Below, piece by piece: positions 18,507-28,109 of a stretch of 64,000 bases of DNA; the first letter of the stretch is position 1; every line of letters begins with the position of its first letter. Below the pieces are notes generated by a model, which saw nothing but the letters and a program-made list of their open reading frames with translations, was not told where the DNA came from and did not search any database. The stretch is from Bacteroidota bacterium. Its GTDB lineage: Bacteria > Bacteroidota > Bacteroidia > Bacteroidales > Dysgonomonadaceae. The stretch spans positions 16,925 through 80,924 of the forward strand of contig JBGZFC010000100.1 of the NCBI GenBank assembly GCA_041846575.1, read 5' to 3'. Both the position numbers and the translations under genes were made by a program.

Positions 18507-21500
18507 CTACATAACTTCCAATTTACTGGTCTGTATTTGTTTGCTATTACTTATTCTCAACAGATATATTCCTTTTTCTAATCCGGAGATATCTAATTCT
18601 ACATTTGATGTTTTTACCTCTTTTCTGATAACCGAGACACCTGTAGTTGTAAACAGTTCTATAATAGAATTACCTTCGTGTAGTCCATTAATATGTAGAG
18701 TGTGTGATACAGGATTCGGATAGACTTTAAGGTTTGTGTCAGCATTATTGTTGGATATGTTATTATACTCTATTGTACTACAGATTGATTCAGACTCGCA
18801 GTCATTGTACACAGCAGTAACACAGTATTCTGCCGTAATTTTATCATTGTTGATTTCATCAACAAAAAATAGTTTATCTATATCTCTTATTTCTGCAATA
18901 AGTTCACTGTCGCGATAAACATTATATCCAAGAAAGTCGTTATTTGCTGTATTGGTCTCACTCTTTACAACTACCTCATCAATATTTAACCAAAACTGGT
19001 CGGTACTGTCGAAGTGTCTGAAAGCTATATATTTGGAGCCTTCGGGTAGTAATATACTTCTTTTATACCATTCTCCGGGGTTTTTATCTTGTTTTGATTT
19101 GGAAGGCGTAAGTTCTTCAAATATTATAGAAAAATCGGAAGTCTCGTTGCCGGTGGTAGAAGAACATACCGCGTAATATTCCCTCGCGGGAGCATCCTGA
19201 TTGCTTACCCAATATTCGAGTAACTTGGCATCTTCCAATATAGGAGAGATTAGATAGTTGTCAGGATTTAGCCAATTTCCGGAAATGTAAGAAGATGATG
19301 AAATACAGTATGCACCGTTGTGTCCTGTAAATCCGGTCGTGGTGTCCCAATTATATCCATCTTCGTCTGCATCAATAGTCAGCCATTCATCGGGTAGTGT
19401 ACCTGAATTAAAACTTTGCGCTAAAATTATTTTTTCAGGATATGTCCATGAAACTATAACCTTATTATTCTCTATGGCGGTGGTTGTGTTAGTTATTGGC
19501 AAACATTGCGATTTTATGCGGTTGTAGCCTTGTGCAGAAATGTTATTTTGGGAAGATAGGAATAATAATAAACTGTCTCTGGTTGATTCGAAATTATTAT
19601 TAATCATACTGGATTCTTTTACCGAGTTGTGTTGACTTTTTCCTCTAATATTATTATTTATTTTATGGTATAGGTATCCTAAGTCTATTACGGCAAATAC
19701 ACTATCCTCCAATGTCGCAGGGTTCGCAATTTTTTCCTCATACCAATCTATGGCTTGTTGCCAATTCTCTAGTTTTTCGTTGCATTTGTTTGCCAAGTTG
19801 TCCGCTAATCCTAATAGAGATTCATTGTTTATAGATAAGTAATAAGATTGGAGTTCCTCATAGTTATTTGATACGAACTCTTCTAATATTATTAACTCTT
19901 TCATAGCAGCTTGGGCATATTTACTGTTAGGATGTGAAGCAATGATTGAACGAAACATATCGTTTGCAGTATCATAACTTCCGTTAAACGCTTTTTCTTG
20001 TGCACTAATAAATTCAAGCTCTACCATGTCAATGTTTTCATTAGCTGTGGATAATGGCTCCCAGATAGGGGCGTATTCAAATATGTTATGAGGGAATAAG
20101 TTAGTCATTGGATTAAATGTACTGCCCCAATAATTATTTGTAATATCTATTTTTTTAGAGGTACTGTCATTAATACTATGTAAGTATGTGTAAAATAAAA
20201 GAGGTGTATCGGAATGATACTCATCAAATATTTTATTATATTTAAATGGTGTAGGAAAAGAATTTCCTGATACGATAACTTCATATGATGCGTTGTTTTT
20301 TATAATTTGTCCATTATTGGTAGCTACTTTACTACCAATAAATGAAATATTAGATATGTTGAATAGACGAACACCTATGTTGTTGTTATATACCTTATTA
20401 TCTAATATTCTACCTTTTGTGTTATAAATATTTATTCCTATTTGACTGTTATGTACTGTGTTGTTTGAAATAATAGAACGATATGAATAACTGTGACCAG
20501 AATTGAAAATACTAATTCCTACATTATTTGTTGCCGATATAATATTATCACTTATAATATAGCTTCCGTATTCTTCAATGCATATACCTGCATTATTTTG
20601 TGAATTATTTACTTTGTTGCCTCTAAAAATGAAACTTTCATCTTTTCCAGTTGATTTAATATTGATGTTTGTTTCGTTAATCTGAGAATTTAAAAAGGTA
20701 ATGTTACCATTTAAATATGGTAACAGACTGTTATTAAATATGCAATAGTTGAATTTTATAGAATCAGCTTGTGCAATATTTATCTCACAGTTATTAAATT
20801 CAACTTTTGATAAATTGATGTTTGAATTATTGTTAATATTTATCTCTAAAAAATTGTCTTCTTTTTTGGAGTTAAAAGCAATGTTTTCCCCTAAAGAAAA
20901 TGTTCCATTAAATATAATCTTATTGTTTTTTGAGTTTGTTATTTTTACATTGTTACCAACAATTATATTGGCTTCTTCATCTATTATTAGTTTTGCATTA
21001 TCTAACAAAGAGATAATGGCATTTGAGTGAAAGGTAAGAGTCGCACCACTTTTAACATGAACATCTTTACTTATGGCAATAATTCCACATGCAGTTAAAT
21101 CGTTGTTTATATCAGAGGATAATATTGTTGGATAAGTCAATGCTGTATTTGTTGCTATGTTCCCATAATCTGTGAAAACAGGTTCCTCTCCAGGATGTCC
21201 TGTTCCATCATTAATATCAATTGATTCGTGGTTTTTTTCCCACAAATAATTTTCAAATACAGAAACAACCTTATCTTTATTTATATCGGCAACTGATAAC
21301 AGTTCACCTCCATAATAAAATTCTCCATTTGTAGTTGTACCTCTAAGTGAAGATAACAAATGGAAATTGAATTCTGCGTGTTCATAAACTTCCATGTCAA
21401 TTATTTCTTGTTCTATAAATTGAGTTCCATCTTTTAAACGATCGTCACAATTCCTTGCTACTTCTCCATACTTTGTAGATGCCAAGAATATAGAATTATT

Positions 21501-22109
21501 ATTTGATAATTCTTCTTGAAATCCTCCTGAGTGACATTGTTGCATCCAGAAAACTTTTTTATTAGCGTTAATTCTATCAATTAAAGGCTTAAGTTCATAA
21601 TCATAAAAACGATGATGCTCTCCATCTCCACATGTTAATGTAAAAAAGGTGTTGCCTAATATATCATGCCCACCATGAGAGAATACCCACATAAATAAAA
21701 AATCATCTTTTGTAATTTGGGGTCTTCCATTTGTGCCTAAAGATAAATCGGTTAGTAGGTTAGAAAGATTTTGATGTGTTGCTGGCATATCAGTCATACT
21801 TTCATCATTGAAAGAGTATTCTTGGGCATAGCCAGACGGATGATAATCATTCCCATCATAATTTAGAACAAAAACATCACTTTTGTCATATCCAACAGAG
21901 TCAGATGTGAGATATTTATACAACAAGCAACCATCATTCCATATAGCTTCTTGATATCCTCGTGAGTTTTTTCCTTGTCCTAAATTAAACTGTTCTTCAA
22001 TAGGTATGCATTTTCCAGACATGTCTCCCATTACTAATATTGCATATTTTTTTTGTGCAGAAGATATTAGGCTTGTAAGTGCTAAGCAGAAAAATAAATA
22101 AAATCTCAT
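18507..22109 (-). CDS. T9SS-secreted multidomain protein: clan-CD-like cysteine peptidase, parallel beta-helix repeats, TPR-like region, cleaved-adhesin/choice-of-anchor-J-like domain, T9SS C-terminal sorting domain
   Basis: Signal peptide. FSHGGHD and QQCHSGGF form a His/Cys dyad pattern. NN(V/I)GI...N repeats. DEWLTIDADEDGYNWD. C-terminus is KVYPNPVSHTLHINGL...GIYLLRI.... Confidence 0.85.
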   Translation of the reverse strand: MRFYLFFCLALTSLISSAQKKYAILVMGDMSGKCIPIEEQFNLGQGKNSRGYQEAIWNDGCLLYKYLTSDSVGYDKSDVFVLNYDGNDYHPSGYAQEYSFNDESMTDMPATHQNLSNLLTDLSLGTNGRPQITKDDFLFMWVFSHGGHDILGNTFFTLTCGDGEHHRFYDYELKPLIDRINANKKVFWMQQCHSGGFQEELSNNNSIFLASTKYGEVARNCDDRLKDGTQFIEQEIIDMEVYEHAEFNFHLLSSLRGTTTNGEFYYGGELLSVADINKDKVVSVFENYLWEKNHESIDINDGTGHPGEEPVFTDYGNIATNTALTYPTILSSDINNDLTACGIIAISKDVHVKSGATLTFHSNAIISLLDNAKLIIDEEANIIVGNNVKITNSKNNKIIFNGTFSLGENIAFNSKKEDNFLEININNNSNINLSKVEFNNCEINIAQADSIKFNYCIFNNSLLPYLNGNITFLNSQINETNINIKSTGKDESFIFRGNKVNNSQNNAGICIEEYGSYIISDNIISATNNVGISIFNSGHSYSYRSIISNNTVHNSQIGINIYNTKGRILDNKVYNNNIGVRLFNISNISFIGSKVATNNGQIIKNNASYEVIVSGNSFPTPFKYNKIFDEYHSDTPLLFYTYLHSINDSTSKKIDITNNYWGSTFNPMTNLFPHNIFEYAPIWEPLSTANENIDMVELEFISAQEKAFNGSYDTANDMFRSIIASHPNSKYAQAAMKELIILEEFVSNNYEELQSYYLSINNESLLGLADNLANKCNEKLENWQQAIDWYEEKIANPATLEDSVFAVIDLGYLYHKINNNIRGKSQHNSVKESSMINNNFESTRDSLLLFLSSQNNISAQGYNRIKSQCLPITNTTTAIENNKVIVSWTYPEKIILAQSFNSGTLPDEWLTIDADEDGYNWDTTTGFTGHNGAYCISSSSYISGNWLNPDNYLISPILEDAKLLEYWVSNQDAPAREYYAVCSSTTGNETSDFSIIFEELTPSKSKQDKNPGEWYKRSILLPEGSKYIAFRHFDSTDQFWLNIDEVVVKSETNTANNDFLGYNVYRDSELIAEIRDIDKLFFVDEINNDKITAEYCVTAVYNDCESESICSTIEYNNISNNNADTNLKVYPNPVSHTLHINGLHEGNSIIELFTTTGVSVIRKEVKTSNVELDISGLEKGIYLLRISNSKQIQTSKLEVM

Positions 22110-22396
22110 AATATTATATTTTTTGTATAAATCCTCACAAAGTAATATATTTTTTTATTAATTCGCAAGTTTTCGTATAAATTTTAATTAAAAACACGTA
22201 GATTGAACTACTAATCATAATAGACTTTGTTGCAACGATAATAAACCACAAAAAAGAGATTGTCTTTACTTTCGAGACATCCATTTTTTATACATGTGAA
22301 ATCCTCTCATACAATAAAAAGTCATACAAGATTCATTTTTAATCTAACAAAAAAACCAACAAAAAAAACTTAACGAAATATTAATATAATCTCAAT

Positions 22397-23137
22397 CACT
22401 ACTGACCGACAAAAATTTAGAATAAAAATAAGGGGCTCCACCGAAGTATCGCCCCAAAAGTTGTAAATTTGTATTGCACTGCAAATTCTCAACACTGGGC
22501 AAAGATAATACAAAAACTTTAGTCGGTCAGCCGATTTTCAAAGAAATCGTAAAAATGCTTCCCCGTGAGCATTTTGACCTATTGGTGCGTCAATGCGGCA
22601 GCGACCGTTATTATAAGGCGTTCTTTTCGTGGGATCAACTTGTCGTGATGCTGTTTGGAATATTCTCCCGCTGCGATTCCATGGGCGAAGTCTGTGACAG
22701 TATGCTGGCGTTGGAGGGCAAGCTGAACTACCTGAACATGGACTGCGCGTCGGCCAAGAGCACGGTGGGTGACGCTTTGCGCGACAGGAGTGAAGAACTT
22801 TTCAGGCTGTATTACTTCGCTTTGATAGCCTATTTCCGTCCGCTTTAGTCGGTCAGCCGGAAAAAGGACGTGAGTTTCGAGGAGTTTTACGCCTTTGACT
22901 CCACAACGGTGACACTGTTTTCCGACATCATGAAAGGCGTAGGGCGCAACCCAAAGGACGTAAAGCCTACTCTAAACGTGCTATAAGTAAAAACAAAAGC
23001 CCTTCGTGTATTCAATTGCCTTTGTTTTAGAGGGAGGTGGCTTTTTAAAGATAGAAAAAAATGAACTGATAAATATATGTATATCAACTGATTAAAAATC
23101 AAAACAGATAAATTTTCATTTTAGTCGGTTAATAGTG
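22397..23137 (+). mobile_element. Internally deleted IS4-family-like element with 19-bp imperfect terminal inverted repeats
   Basis: Left end CACTACTGACCGACAAAAA (22397-22415) matches the complement of the right end TTTTAGTCGGTTAATAGTG (23119-23137) at 16 of 19 positions. Encloses the truncated transposase. Confidence 0.7.
22474..22986 (+). pseudogene. Transposase remnant (DUF4372-type N-terminus, IS4 family) with an in-frame TAG at 22846-22848 and a 3' truncation
   Basis: ...GQPIFKEIVKMLPREHFDLLVRQCGSDRYYKAF... then a stop, then SVSRKKDVSFEEFYAFDSTTVTLFSDIMKGVGRNPK. The DDE core is missing. Confidence 0.75.
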
Positions 23138-23329
23138 ATAATAAATAAAGTTAGTTTTACTTTACTACTGAACTGTAAATCACAAGCGGTTGAAAAGCCG
23201 AAGTCTTTGCCTGAAAGTTTTAAAGAACTCAAAATATCTAAAATGACTGAAACAGCTTTTTCTAATGAGGTAAAACAGCCTTTTATTTATAAAACTATTG
23301 TTGTATCTTTGTTTCGCAGCATATTGTTG

Positions 23330-23441
23330 GCTTTTTTGTTTTGCGACTTAAAGTTCCTGACGATTTTAGCAACTTTACCAAATAAATATGCTGTTTTTTA
23401 TTAATAATCAGAAGGTTATTTTACTTGAGAAAGTTGAGTAA
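23330..23441 (+). repeat. ~110-bp repeat R1 (direct copy at 53324-53431)
   Basis: Shared blocks TTTTGC(G/A)ACTTAAA and ATATGCTGTTTTTT(A/G)TTAATAATCAG(A/G)AGGTTATT(T/A)TACTTG(A/C)GAAAGTTGA. Confidence 0.7.
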
Positions 23442-23681
23442 ACCAATAATCAGTACCGGTATTAACATATTCAACTTGTTTCCATAAAAAAGTTGCGATA
23501 CTAAAAAAAAAGTAATTACTTTGTAACTTGAAACAGAGTTTTTTGTTTATATTATTAAAAATCAGAATGTTGTCAGATTTTATAATGATTAGAACAGACT
23601 CTATTTATAGATTTACAGCTCTATCTAAACGATAGTTTTTTTATATTATATAGGATTTGTAATTTATTAATAGGTAGTATA

Positions 23682-24644
23682 ATGGCGATTTATACAGGTT
23701 CAAACAAACATTTGGGAGGAACGGAGAAGATTACCCAAAAACATAAGTTTTATTATGGATTGGTACAAAAAAACGTATTGATTACCGGGGCTAATGGACA
23801 GTTGGGTAATGAGTTACGCGTGCGTCATGAGATAGATAATAATATATTTCACTTTGTATATACCGATGTGGATATATTAGATATAACCGATTTGCAACAA
23901 ATTTCGGATTTTATCAAAGAGAAGTCGATTAGTTATATTATCAATTGTGCCGCATATACCAATGTAGAAAAAGCGGAAGATGATGTCGAAGCTGCCTATT
24001 TGATAAATTATAAAGGTGCTGAAAATTTGGCAAAAGCAGCTGCCGAAAATGATTGTAGAATGATTCATATTTCTACCGATTTTGTTTTCGACGGACAATC
24101 AACCACACCATATATAGAAAATTCGCGTGCCAATCCCCTGTCGGTTTACGGAGCATCGAAACTGAAAGGAGAGGAGGCGGTTCGTCAATTTGCCAAGGAG
24201 TGGATGATAATTCGCACATCGTGGTTGTATTCCGAATTTGGCAATAATTTCGTGAAAACGATGATTAGATTGATGACCGAACGAGATAAACTCAATATAG
24301 TTGCCGATCAACACGGTACGCCTACTTATGCCGCCGATTTGGCGGAGATGATTGTGCATATTCTCGATTTTTCGGAAGAAAACGAATGGAAAACAGGAAT
24401 ATATCACTTTTCAAATACAGGCAAAACAACATGGTTTGGTTTCGCCGAAAAGATAAAAGAATTGGCACATCTCGAAGCGTGTAGTTTAAATCCTGTTACA
24501 ACGCAAGAGTACGGAGCGAAAGCCGAACGTCCGTTATACAGCGTGTTGGACAAATCGAAAATCAGCTCTGCTTTTCACGTTGAAATTCCGAGTTGGGAAA
24601 ACGGACTGGAAAGATGCATTGAGAAATTAAAAATTAAGGATTAA
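23682..24644 (+). CDS. rfbD: dTDP-4-dehydrorhamnose reductase
   Basis: VLITGANGQLG Rossmann motif and YGASKLKGE catalytic YxxxK. The first ~27 aa are unconserved, so the real start may lie downstream (e.g. TTG at 23760). Confidence 0.8.
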   Translation: MAIYTGSNKHLGGTEKITQKHKFYYGLVQKNVLITGANGQLGNELRVRHEIDNNIFHFVYTDVDILDITDLQQISDFIKEKSISYIINCAAYTNVEKAEDDVEAAYLINYKGAENLAKAAAENDCRMIHISTDFVFDGQSTTPYIENSRANPLSVYGASKLKGEEAVRQFAKEWMIIRTSWLYSEFGNNFVKTMIRLMTERDKLNIVADQHGTPTYAADLAEMIVHILDFSEENEWKTGIYHFSNTGKTTWFGFAEKIKELAHLEACSLNPVTTQEYGAKAERPLYSVLDKSKISSAFHVEIPSWENGLERCIEKLKIKD

Positions 24645-24755
24645 AAATTTAAAATTAAAAATTATCAATTGATAGTTAACAAGTTGACGAGTAAACAGAT
24701 AAACAAGTTTAGCAAGCCAAAATCAGATAGCTAACAGTATATAGCCAAATATAAA

Positions 24756-26330
24756 ATGTCATTAAAACAAGAGATACAACGCAGGCGAACATTCGCCATT
24801 ATCAGTCATCCCGACGCGGGAAAAACAACATTAACGGAAAAATTACTTCTTTTCGGCGGAGCCATTCACGTGGCAGGTGCCGTGAAATCGAATAAAATAA
24901 AGAAAACAGCTACATCCGATTGGATGGAAATAGAAAAGCAACGCGGAATTTCTGTAGCTACTTCGGTAATGGGTTTCGAGTATGACAATCACAAAATTAA
25001 TATTCTTGATACGCCCGGACACCAGGATTTTGCCGAAGATACCTATCGCACGCTTACTGCCGTTGACAGTGTTATCGTGGTGGTGGATATAGCCAAAGGT
25101 GTGGAAACGCAAACACGTAAATTGATGGAAGTGTGTCGTATGCGTAAAACGCCGGTAATGATTTTCGTGAATAAACTCGACCGTGAAGGACGCGATCCGT
25201 TTGAGATTTTGGATGAATTGGAAGAAGAACTCAAAATTGCTGTTCGTCCGTTGAGCTGGCCCATAGATATGGGAGAGCGTTTCAAGGGAGTTTACAACCT
25301 GTTTCAAAAAACGTTGGACTTGTATCAGCCGAGCAAACAGTTTGTTGCCGAATCTGTTAAAATGAGTATCGACTCTCCCGAATTGGAGAAAAATATCGGT
25401 GAAAAATTAACCGAAAAACTTCGTGACGATGTAGAACTTATCACGGAGGTGTATCCCGAATTTGATAGAGATGAATATCTTTCCGGACGATTGGCTCCCG
25501 TTTTCTTCGGCTCTGCACTCAATAATTTCGGAGTAAAAGAGCTGTTGGACTGTTTTATACAGATAGCACCTTCGCCCAAGCCGGTGCAATCGGAAGAGCG
25601 TGTGGTCGATCCTTACGAAGAGACGTTTACCGGATTTGTTTTTAAAATTCACGCCAATATGGATCCCAACCATCGTTCGTGTATAGCCTTTGTGAAAGTT
25701 TGTTCCGGTAAATTCGAGCGGAATGTCAACTATAAACATATCCGTTTAAACAGGCAACTGAGATTCTCGTCGCCTACCGCGTTTATGGCACAGAAAAAGG
25801 AGATTTTGGATGAGGCTTTTGCCGGAGATATCGTTGGATTGCCCGATACCGGAAACTTTAAAATAGGCGATACGCTCACCTCGGGCGAAGATTTGCATTT
25901 CAAAGGATTGCCGAGTTTCTCGCCGGAGATGTTTAAATATATCGAAAATGCCGACCCGATGAAATCGAAACAGTTGCAGCGAGGTATTGAGCAATTGATG
26001 GACGAAGGGGTGGCGCAACTTTTTGTCAATCAGTTTAACGGACGAAAAATTATCGGTACTGTGGGGCAATTGCAATTCGAAGTAATTCAGTACAGATTGC
26101 TGCATGAGTATGGTGCTCAATGCAAATGGGAACCTATAAATCTATATAAAGCTTGTTGGATTGAGAGCGACGACACGGAGGAGTTGGAAGATTTCAAAAA
26201 ACGCAAATATCAGTATATGGCTAAGGATAAAGAGGGTAGGGATGTCTTCCTTGCCGAATCGGGCTACCTTTTATCTATGGCGCAACAAGATTTTAAAAAT
26301 ATAAGATTTCATTTTGCGTCGGAGTATTAA
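24756..26330 (+). CDS. prfC: Peptide chain release factor 3
   Basis: [30 protein letters not shown] and NKLDR GTPase motifs. 524 aa. Confidence 0.95.
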   Translation: MSLKQEIQRRRTFAIISHPDAGKTTLTEKLLLFGGAIHVAGAVKSNKIKKTATSDWMEIEKQRGISVATSVMGFEYDNHKINILDTPGHQDFAEDTYRTLTAVDSVIVVVDIAKGVETQTRKLMEVCRMRKTPVMIFVNKLDREGRDPFEILDELEEELKIAVRPLSWPIDMGERFKGVYNLFQKTLDLYQPSKQFVAESVKMSIDSPELEKNIGEKLTEKLRDDVELITEVYPEFDRDEYLSGRLAPVFFGSALNNFGVKELLDCFIQIAPSPKPVQSEERVVDPYEETFTGFVFKIHANMDPNHRSCIAFVKVCSGKFERNVNYKHIRLNRQLRFSSPTAFMAQKKEILDEAFAGDIVGLPDTGNFKIGDTLTSGEDLHFKGLPSFSPEMFKYIENADPMKSKQLQRGIEQLMDEGVAQLFVNQFNGRKIIGTVGQLQFEVIQYRLLHEYGAQCKWEPINLYKACWIESDDTEELEDFKKRKYQYMAKDKEGRDVFLAESGYLLSMAQQDFKNIRFHFASEY

Positions 26331-26426
26331 AATGATTTATAAGCGTTTGTACGATATCGATAAGACACTTTTATATGAGACCAATGCTAATCAACAAACA
26401 TTACCCCTACTATTGAGACAATAGCG

Positions 26427-27941
26427 TTAAGGTCTGTTGTTTCTTGCATTTTCTAACATTTGAATTTTCTTTTCTAAAGTATTTCTTTTAAATTGGATTA
26501 AGGTTGAATAATCAAACTTTTTCTGTATGTATTCAATAATTTTCAATAATACAGAATAATCTAAATATCTAATTTTTGATATTTCTTTTTTAACGTATAT
26601 TCTATCTAATTCAGAACTTACTTCTCCTCTAGATTCAGCTTGAAATGAATATATCTCATCAGCTAGTATAGATTCCCATTCTTCAAACATATTTAAAACG
26701 TCAAACACTAGAGAATCTTTATATTTAAGAGGGTAGTATAAAAGATCTAAATTAAGGTTACCATTAATTATGCCTTTTTCAAAATACTTGTTAGTTGTTT
26801 TGGTAAAAGGTTGTGCTCTTATTTTTTTTACTGAACGAGAATCAATGTCGAATAATCTCTCCTTTCTTATATATCTTATATTTTCAATTAACTCATCAAA
26901 ACTCATCTCAGGGTCAAATAAAATATAACCAATATCTAATTGAATTCCTAAACCTTTAAGGATATTTATAACCTTAGCATTTTTATTTGGTGTTGCAGGC
27001 TTACCATACCTTTTCAATTGTTTCTGAACGCCAGATTCTAATCCAATGAATATTTCTCTTAAACCTGCTTCTTTCCATTTTTTTATAGATTCAAAACCTT
27101 CTTCATTGACAACATCATTCATCCTCACACTAAAATAAAAATTCATTACAGGATTAATTCCACCTATATTCTTTTCTTTTATTATCTCTTCTGCTAGAAA
27201 TGAAGCTCTACTATAATCACCACCAAAGAAATCTTCATCAGTAAAGTAAGGTGAAAGACACCCATTTTCAGAAAGTTCCTTAAGTTGTTGGATTATCAAA
27301 CTTATTGGAAATGGACGCCAGTATTTTATACCATAATGTTCACTAACACTACAGAAGTCACATTTAGACCATGAGCAGCCGCGGCTATTTTCGATTCTTA
27401 CAATACCTTGGTGTTTTACTACGTCATTAAGATAATATCTATATGGTGGTCTAATTTTTGACAAGTCTTCTGCTTTTCTTTTTGTTTCAAACAACTTGTT
27501 TTTATAAATAAAAGCTATATTTGGTATGTTTTTAAAATAGTCAAAACCCCAATTACTTTCTTTATAAGCCTTACAAAGTTCAACAAAAGAAGATTCTCCT
27601 TCGCCTCTCACACAAATTATGTTTTCATGTTTTGTAAGAAGTTCAATGTAACCAAAAGTTGAAAGAGGACCACCAATAATTATTTTATTTGATTTAGTGT
27701 CATTATTAATAAAGGATAACAGTTTCTCTAATTTTTCTAATGTCCCAAGTTTTGCAGAAACTCCAATCAAATCATAATCACTATTTATATTGTTTATTTC
27801 AAGAGGCTCTAATAATTCCCATATAAAATCTATTTTTACTCCTTCAATCTCTTGGATAAGATTGCCAGCTATGGATTCTATGCCCAGAGGTTCATTTAAT
27901 TCTTTTCTATTTGACCCGATGTCGTATAATAATATTTTCAT
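26427..27941 (-). CDS. B12-binding-domain-type radical SAM protein, orphan, substrate unknown
   Basis: N-terminal B12-module-like layout (IIIGGPLST...VRGEGESSF) and cluster motif RGCSWSKCDFC (27351-27377). AT-rich relative to its neighbours. Confidence 0.85.
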   Translation of the reverse strand: MKILLYDIGSNRKELNEPLGIESIAGNLIQEIEGVKIDFIWELLEPLEINNINSDYDLIGVSAKLGTLEKLEKLLSFINNDTKSNKIIIGGPLSTFGYIELLTKHENIICVRGEGESSFVELCKAYKESNWGFDYFKNIPNIAFIYKNKLFETKRKAEDLSKIRPPYRYYLNDVVKHQGIVRIENSRGCSWSKCDFCSVSEHYGIKYWRPFPISLIIQQLKELSENGCLSPYFTDEDFFGGDYSRASFLAEEIIKEKNIGGINPVMNFYFSVRMNDVVNEEGFESIKKWKEAGLREIFIGLESGVQKQLKRYGKPATPNKNAKVINILKGLGIQLDIGYILFDPEMSFDELIENIRYIRKERLFDIDSRSVKKIRAQPFTKTTNKYFEKGIINGNLNLDLLYYPLKYKDSLVFDVLNMFEEWESILADEIYSFQAESRGEVSSELDRIYVKKEISKIRYLDYSVLLKIIEYIQKKFDYSTLIQFKRNTLEKKIQMLENARNNRP

Positions 27942-28003
27942 AACCTATTAAAAACGTTTATTTAGCTCAAAAATCCATTCTTATTCATATTTATTAGTTC
28001 TAA

Positions 28004-28011
28004 CAAATATA
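28004..28011 (-). promoter_or_regulatory. -7 box TATATTTG (minus strand) upstream of the radical SAM gene
   Basis: Exact TAnnTTTG match about 63 nt upstream of the ATG at 27941. Confidence 0.35.
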
Positions 28012-28109
28012 ATTAAAGTGTTTTAGCTATTTGTAATAGCTCTAATTTTCCCTCAATATCAATTATTTACAATCCGCACATCGCGTTGGCAAATAATACC
28101 TTATATTTT

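Noticed and set aside
18541-21030. Several 60-93-aa plus-strand ORFs antisense to the T9SS cargo gene. Similar antisense ORFs lie inside prfC, nrdJ, the CoA-transferase gene and others.
   Set aside because: They are fully nested antisense to long, motif-rich genes, have low-complexity translations, and show no start-site context. They are typical artefacts of AT-rich sequence.
22110-22396. A possible invertible promoter (inverted-repeat-flanked switch) upstream of the T9SS cargo gene.
   Set aside because: The similar segments found (ATAAATCCTCACA at ~22130 and GAAATCCTCTCATA at ~22300) are in direct, not inverted, orientation. No recombinase gene is nearby.
23135-23404. 89-aa ORF between the IS remnant and rfbD.
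   Set aside because: It has no recognisable motifs. It runs through repeat R1, whose second copy (53324-53431) does not conserve the reading frame.
26331-28109. A RiPP precursor peptide gene next to the radical SAM gene.
   Set aside because: The longest flank ORFs on the minus strand are 8 codons or fewer (e.g. MNKNGFLS), with no leader/core-like features.
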